Assembly (NCBI GenBank): GCA_937902625.1
Contig: CALELX010000169.1
Location: forward strand, 1,829-65,828
Reading direction: 5' to 3'
Source of the DNA: an uncultured Lachnospira sp.
GTDB taxonomy: Bacteria; Bacillota; Clostridia; Lachnospirales; Lachnospiraceae
Length of the DNA: 64,000 nucleotides
Made by a program: the position numbers and the translations under genes. Of the stretch, positions 61,447-64,000 are shown one piece after another. The notes under the pieces are model-generated. The model did no database searches. It was given only the letters and a program-made list of their open reading frames with translations, and was not told where the DNA came from. The stretch's first letter is position 1. Every line of letters starts with the position of its first letter.

Positions 61447-61577
61447 AACAACCGCTCCTTTCCAGTCACATAATAAAGTAAATATATTGTATCACAATCA
61501 TTTTTATTTGTCACCACATTTATATCTTAATATTATATTAACATTACTGTACAGAACCAGTCTCGGAACCGCAAACA

Positions 61578-64000
61578 TTATGCTTTTTTCAACTTAGCAA
61601 ATCCTGCAAGCATTTTCTTAAGTCCATATTCATCAAACTTAACAGATACCATATAATCACGTTCGCCGGAATCTATAGATATAACCTTTCCTCTGCCAAA
61701 CTTACTATGTTCGACCATATCACCAACAGAATATCCAAGCCCTGTAACATTTCCGCATGATTTACCTGTTACATTATCCTGCACAGCTTCTGACTTATTT
61801 CCTTGCTCTGATGCATTAGATGATGTCATACTAGTACTTTTCTTAGATGGCTTTTTCAAATCAAACAAGTCCATAGGGAATTCTTTACCGAATCCCACCT
61901 TGGTATTTATCCCTGCATTATCTGTATCCCTTATTGCTTCTTTCGTTGCCTCATCCACCTTATCTGTTACAGACTTCTTAGGATGTGCACTATATGCACC
62001 TGGCTTCTTAACCCCTGTGCCATATGGACTTGCAGAACCATAATAACTTACACTTCCAGTATTACGTGTTCCTGTTGCTCCACTTCCATAACCTGTTAAG
62101 CCTGTTTTTGCATAAGGCGATGTAAAACCTGTTACACCAGGACTGCCTCCTCTTCCCGACGAACCATATGTATTATTACCATAACCATTGCTTTTATACA
62201 TACCACCCGGCTTTGAAGCACCGCCTATCTTTACCCTGTCAGACTGTTTGTACGTTGTATTACCACTTCCATATCTGCTAAGTGCAGCCTTTGCATTTGC
62301 CCTTATATTGTATACAGGCTGTTCTTCTGATTCATCCCTGCCACCATATGCTATCTTACCCTTATAACCTGAGCTGTTATTTTCTATATTAAGATATTCA
62401 TCCGGTATCTCTTTAATAAATCTTGATACTTTATTCATCTGTGTTTCCCCGCGTACCATACGCATCTTTGCACTACTTAAATTAAGTATCTTTTCAGCCC
62501 TGGTTATACCTACATAACATAGTCTTCTCTCTTCCTCTATCTCTGTAGGATCATCTGATACAATAGTCATATAGCTTGGAAATAGTCCATCTTCCATACC
62601 TGTCATAAACACTATCGGAAACTCAAGACCTTTCGCGCTATGAAGTGTCATAAGCATAACCTGTTTTTCTGATTCGTCAAGGTTATCTATATCAGCTATA
62701 AGCGCAACTTCCTCTAAGAAACCACTAAGAGAGGCCTCTTCATTCTTTTCGGCACAGCTATTCTCATAACCTACAACCTTGTTGATCAATTCGTCAATAT
62801 TTTCCTGTCGTGCTTCGATTTCTTCTGCTGTTTCATTCTCTGCAAGACTTTCTATATACCTTGTATCATCAAGTACTGTCTTTACAAGTTCTTTAAGACT
62901 TAAGAATTCCTGTTTTGCTTTAAGTGAATTAATAAGCGTAACAAATGGCTCTATTTTGCCTGCGCCTCTTTTTATTGTGTCAATATTCTCTGCATAACAT
63001 AATGCCTGCCAGAACGTAATATCATTCTGATCTGCATATTCCTGGACACGTTCTATGGTCGTCGCACCTATTCCTCTCTTAGGAACATTAATAATACGTC
63101 TTACAGCCTGTCCATCCATACCATTATCAATTGTCTTAAGATATGCAAGAATATCTTTGATTTCCTTTCTCTGATAAAAGCTGATGCCACCATATATTCT
63201 ATAAGGTATATTCTTCATCATCAGCTTTTCTTCAAGCACACGCGACTGTGCATTGGTTCTGTATAGAATCGCTATATCGTTATAATTCCACCCATCACGG
63301 ACATATGAACTTATGGCATCAACTACTCCTTGTGCCTCATCATAACCATTCTCATAAAGTGTGTAATTAACCTTTTCACCTTCGCCATTCTCAGTCCACA
63401 GGCTCTTTGTTTTTCTGCCTACATTATTCTGTATAACGGCATTGGCAGCGTTAAGTATAGTCTGTGTTGAACGATAATTCTGCTCAAGCTTTATAACCTT
63501 GGTTCCCTCAAATGTATTCTCAAAGTTAAGAATATTAGTAATATTAGCTCCCCTGAACTTATATATCGACTGGTCATCATCACCAACTACACACAGATTG
63601 CCATACTTGGCTGCAAGCATGGATACCAGCTTAAACTGTGACGTGTTCGTATCCTGATACTCATCAACCATAATATATCTGAATCTGTCCTGATAATAAT
63701 TAAGTACTTCCGCATCACGTTCAAACAATTCAACCGTCTTAAATATGAGATCATCAAAATCAAGTGCATTATTTAACTTAAGTGTTTTCTGATATTCAGC
63801 ATACACATTTGCTATTCTTTTAGCATTATAATCACCACCAGCATCAAGAAGCATCTCATCCGGTGTCATGAGCTCATCCTTAGCGTGCGATATAGCATTC
63901 ATAATTGTTCTTTCCTTTAACATCTTAGTATCAATGTTAAACTTCTTGCATATCTCCTTTATGACACTCTTCTGATCGTCAGTATCATATATTGTAAAAT
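61578..64000 (-). CDS. pcrA: ATP-dependent DNA helicase PcrA/UvrD (5' end lies beyond the window)
   Basis: Frame stays open to the window edge (FTIYDTDDQ); VDEYQD, GDDDQSIY, QNYRS, TLHSAKGLEF, EERRLCYVGITRA; C-terminal Tudor-like GDMVEHSKFGRG. Confidence 0.95.
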   Translation of the reverse strand, partial: FTIYDTDDQKSVIKEICKKFNIDTKMLKERTIMNAISHAKDELMTPDEMLLDAGGDYNAKRIANVYAEYQKTLKLNNALDFDDLIFKTVELFERDAEVLNYYQDRFRYIMVDEYQDTNTSQFKLVSMLAAKYGNLCVVGDDDQSIYKFRGANITNILNFENTFEGTKVIKLEQNYRSTQTILNAANAVIQNNVGRKTKSLWTENGEGEKVNYTLYENGYDEAQGVVDAISSYVRDGWNYNDIAILYRTNAQSRVLEEKLMMKNIPYRIYGGISFYQRKEIKDILAYLKTIDNGMDGQAVRRIINVPKRGIGATTIERVQEYADQNDITFWQALCYAENIDTIKRGAGKIEPFVTLINSLKAKQEFLSLKELVKTVLDDTRYIESLAENETAEEIEARQENIDELINKVVGYENSCAEKNEEASLSGFLEEVALIADIDNLDESEKQVMLMTLHSAKGLEFPIVFMTGMEDGLFPSYMTIVSDDPTEIEEERRLCYVGITRAEKILNLSSAKMRMVRGETQMNKVSRFIKEIPDEYLNIENNSSGYKGKIAYGGRDESEEQPVYNIRANAKAALSRYGSGNTTYKQSDRVKIGGASKPGGMYKSNGYGNNTYGSSGRGGSPGVTGFTSPYAKTGLTGYGSGATGTRNTGSVSYYGSASPYGTGVKKPGAYSAHPKKSVTDKVDEATKEAIRDTDNAGINTKVGFGKEFPMDLFDLKKPSKKSTSMTSSNASEQGNKSEAVQDNVTGKSCGNVTGLGYSVGDMVEHSKFGRGKVISIDSGERDYMVSVKFDEYGLKKMLAGFAKLKKA

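Overview
AT-rich chromosomal segment of a spore-forming gut Firmicute. Lachnospiraceae, probably a pectinolytic Lachnospira-like organism, is inferred from gene content. It holds about 55 CDSs, mostly on the minus strand. Core genes include malic enzyme, SASP, DD-carboxypeptidase, dapL, citrate synthase, rlmD and a 5'-truncated pcrA. Other loci are a group B [FeFe]-hydrogenase, a csoR-copZ-copA copper operon, an acyltransferase/GT8/GT8/acyltransferase cluster, an extracytoplasmic flavinylation module (ferric-reductase/FMN-binding fusion, ApbE, Tp47-domain surface protein) under a phased operator array, pectin genes (GH105, KdgF-like cupin, GH143-like hydrolase with GntR and two esterases), a decayed toxin-antitoxin locus and a TetR-DUF308-radical SAM-oleate hydratase cluster. 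I saw no CRISPR array, rRNA, tRNA or intact transposase. The most unusual non-coding signal is a family of ~60-90 bp multi-hairpin repeats (5 clear and 2 degenerate copies). Each copy sits in sense orientation immediately 5' of an unrelated gene and supplies its Shine-Dalgarno 6-7 nt before the ATG. Several MITE-like inverted-repeat elements are also present. All family assignments come from motif recognition by eye, not database searches.
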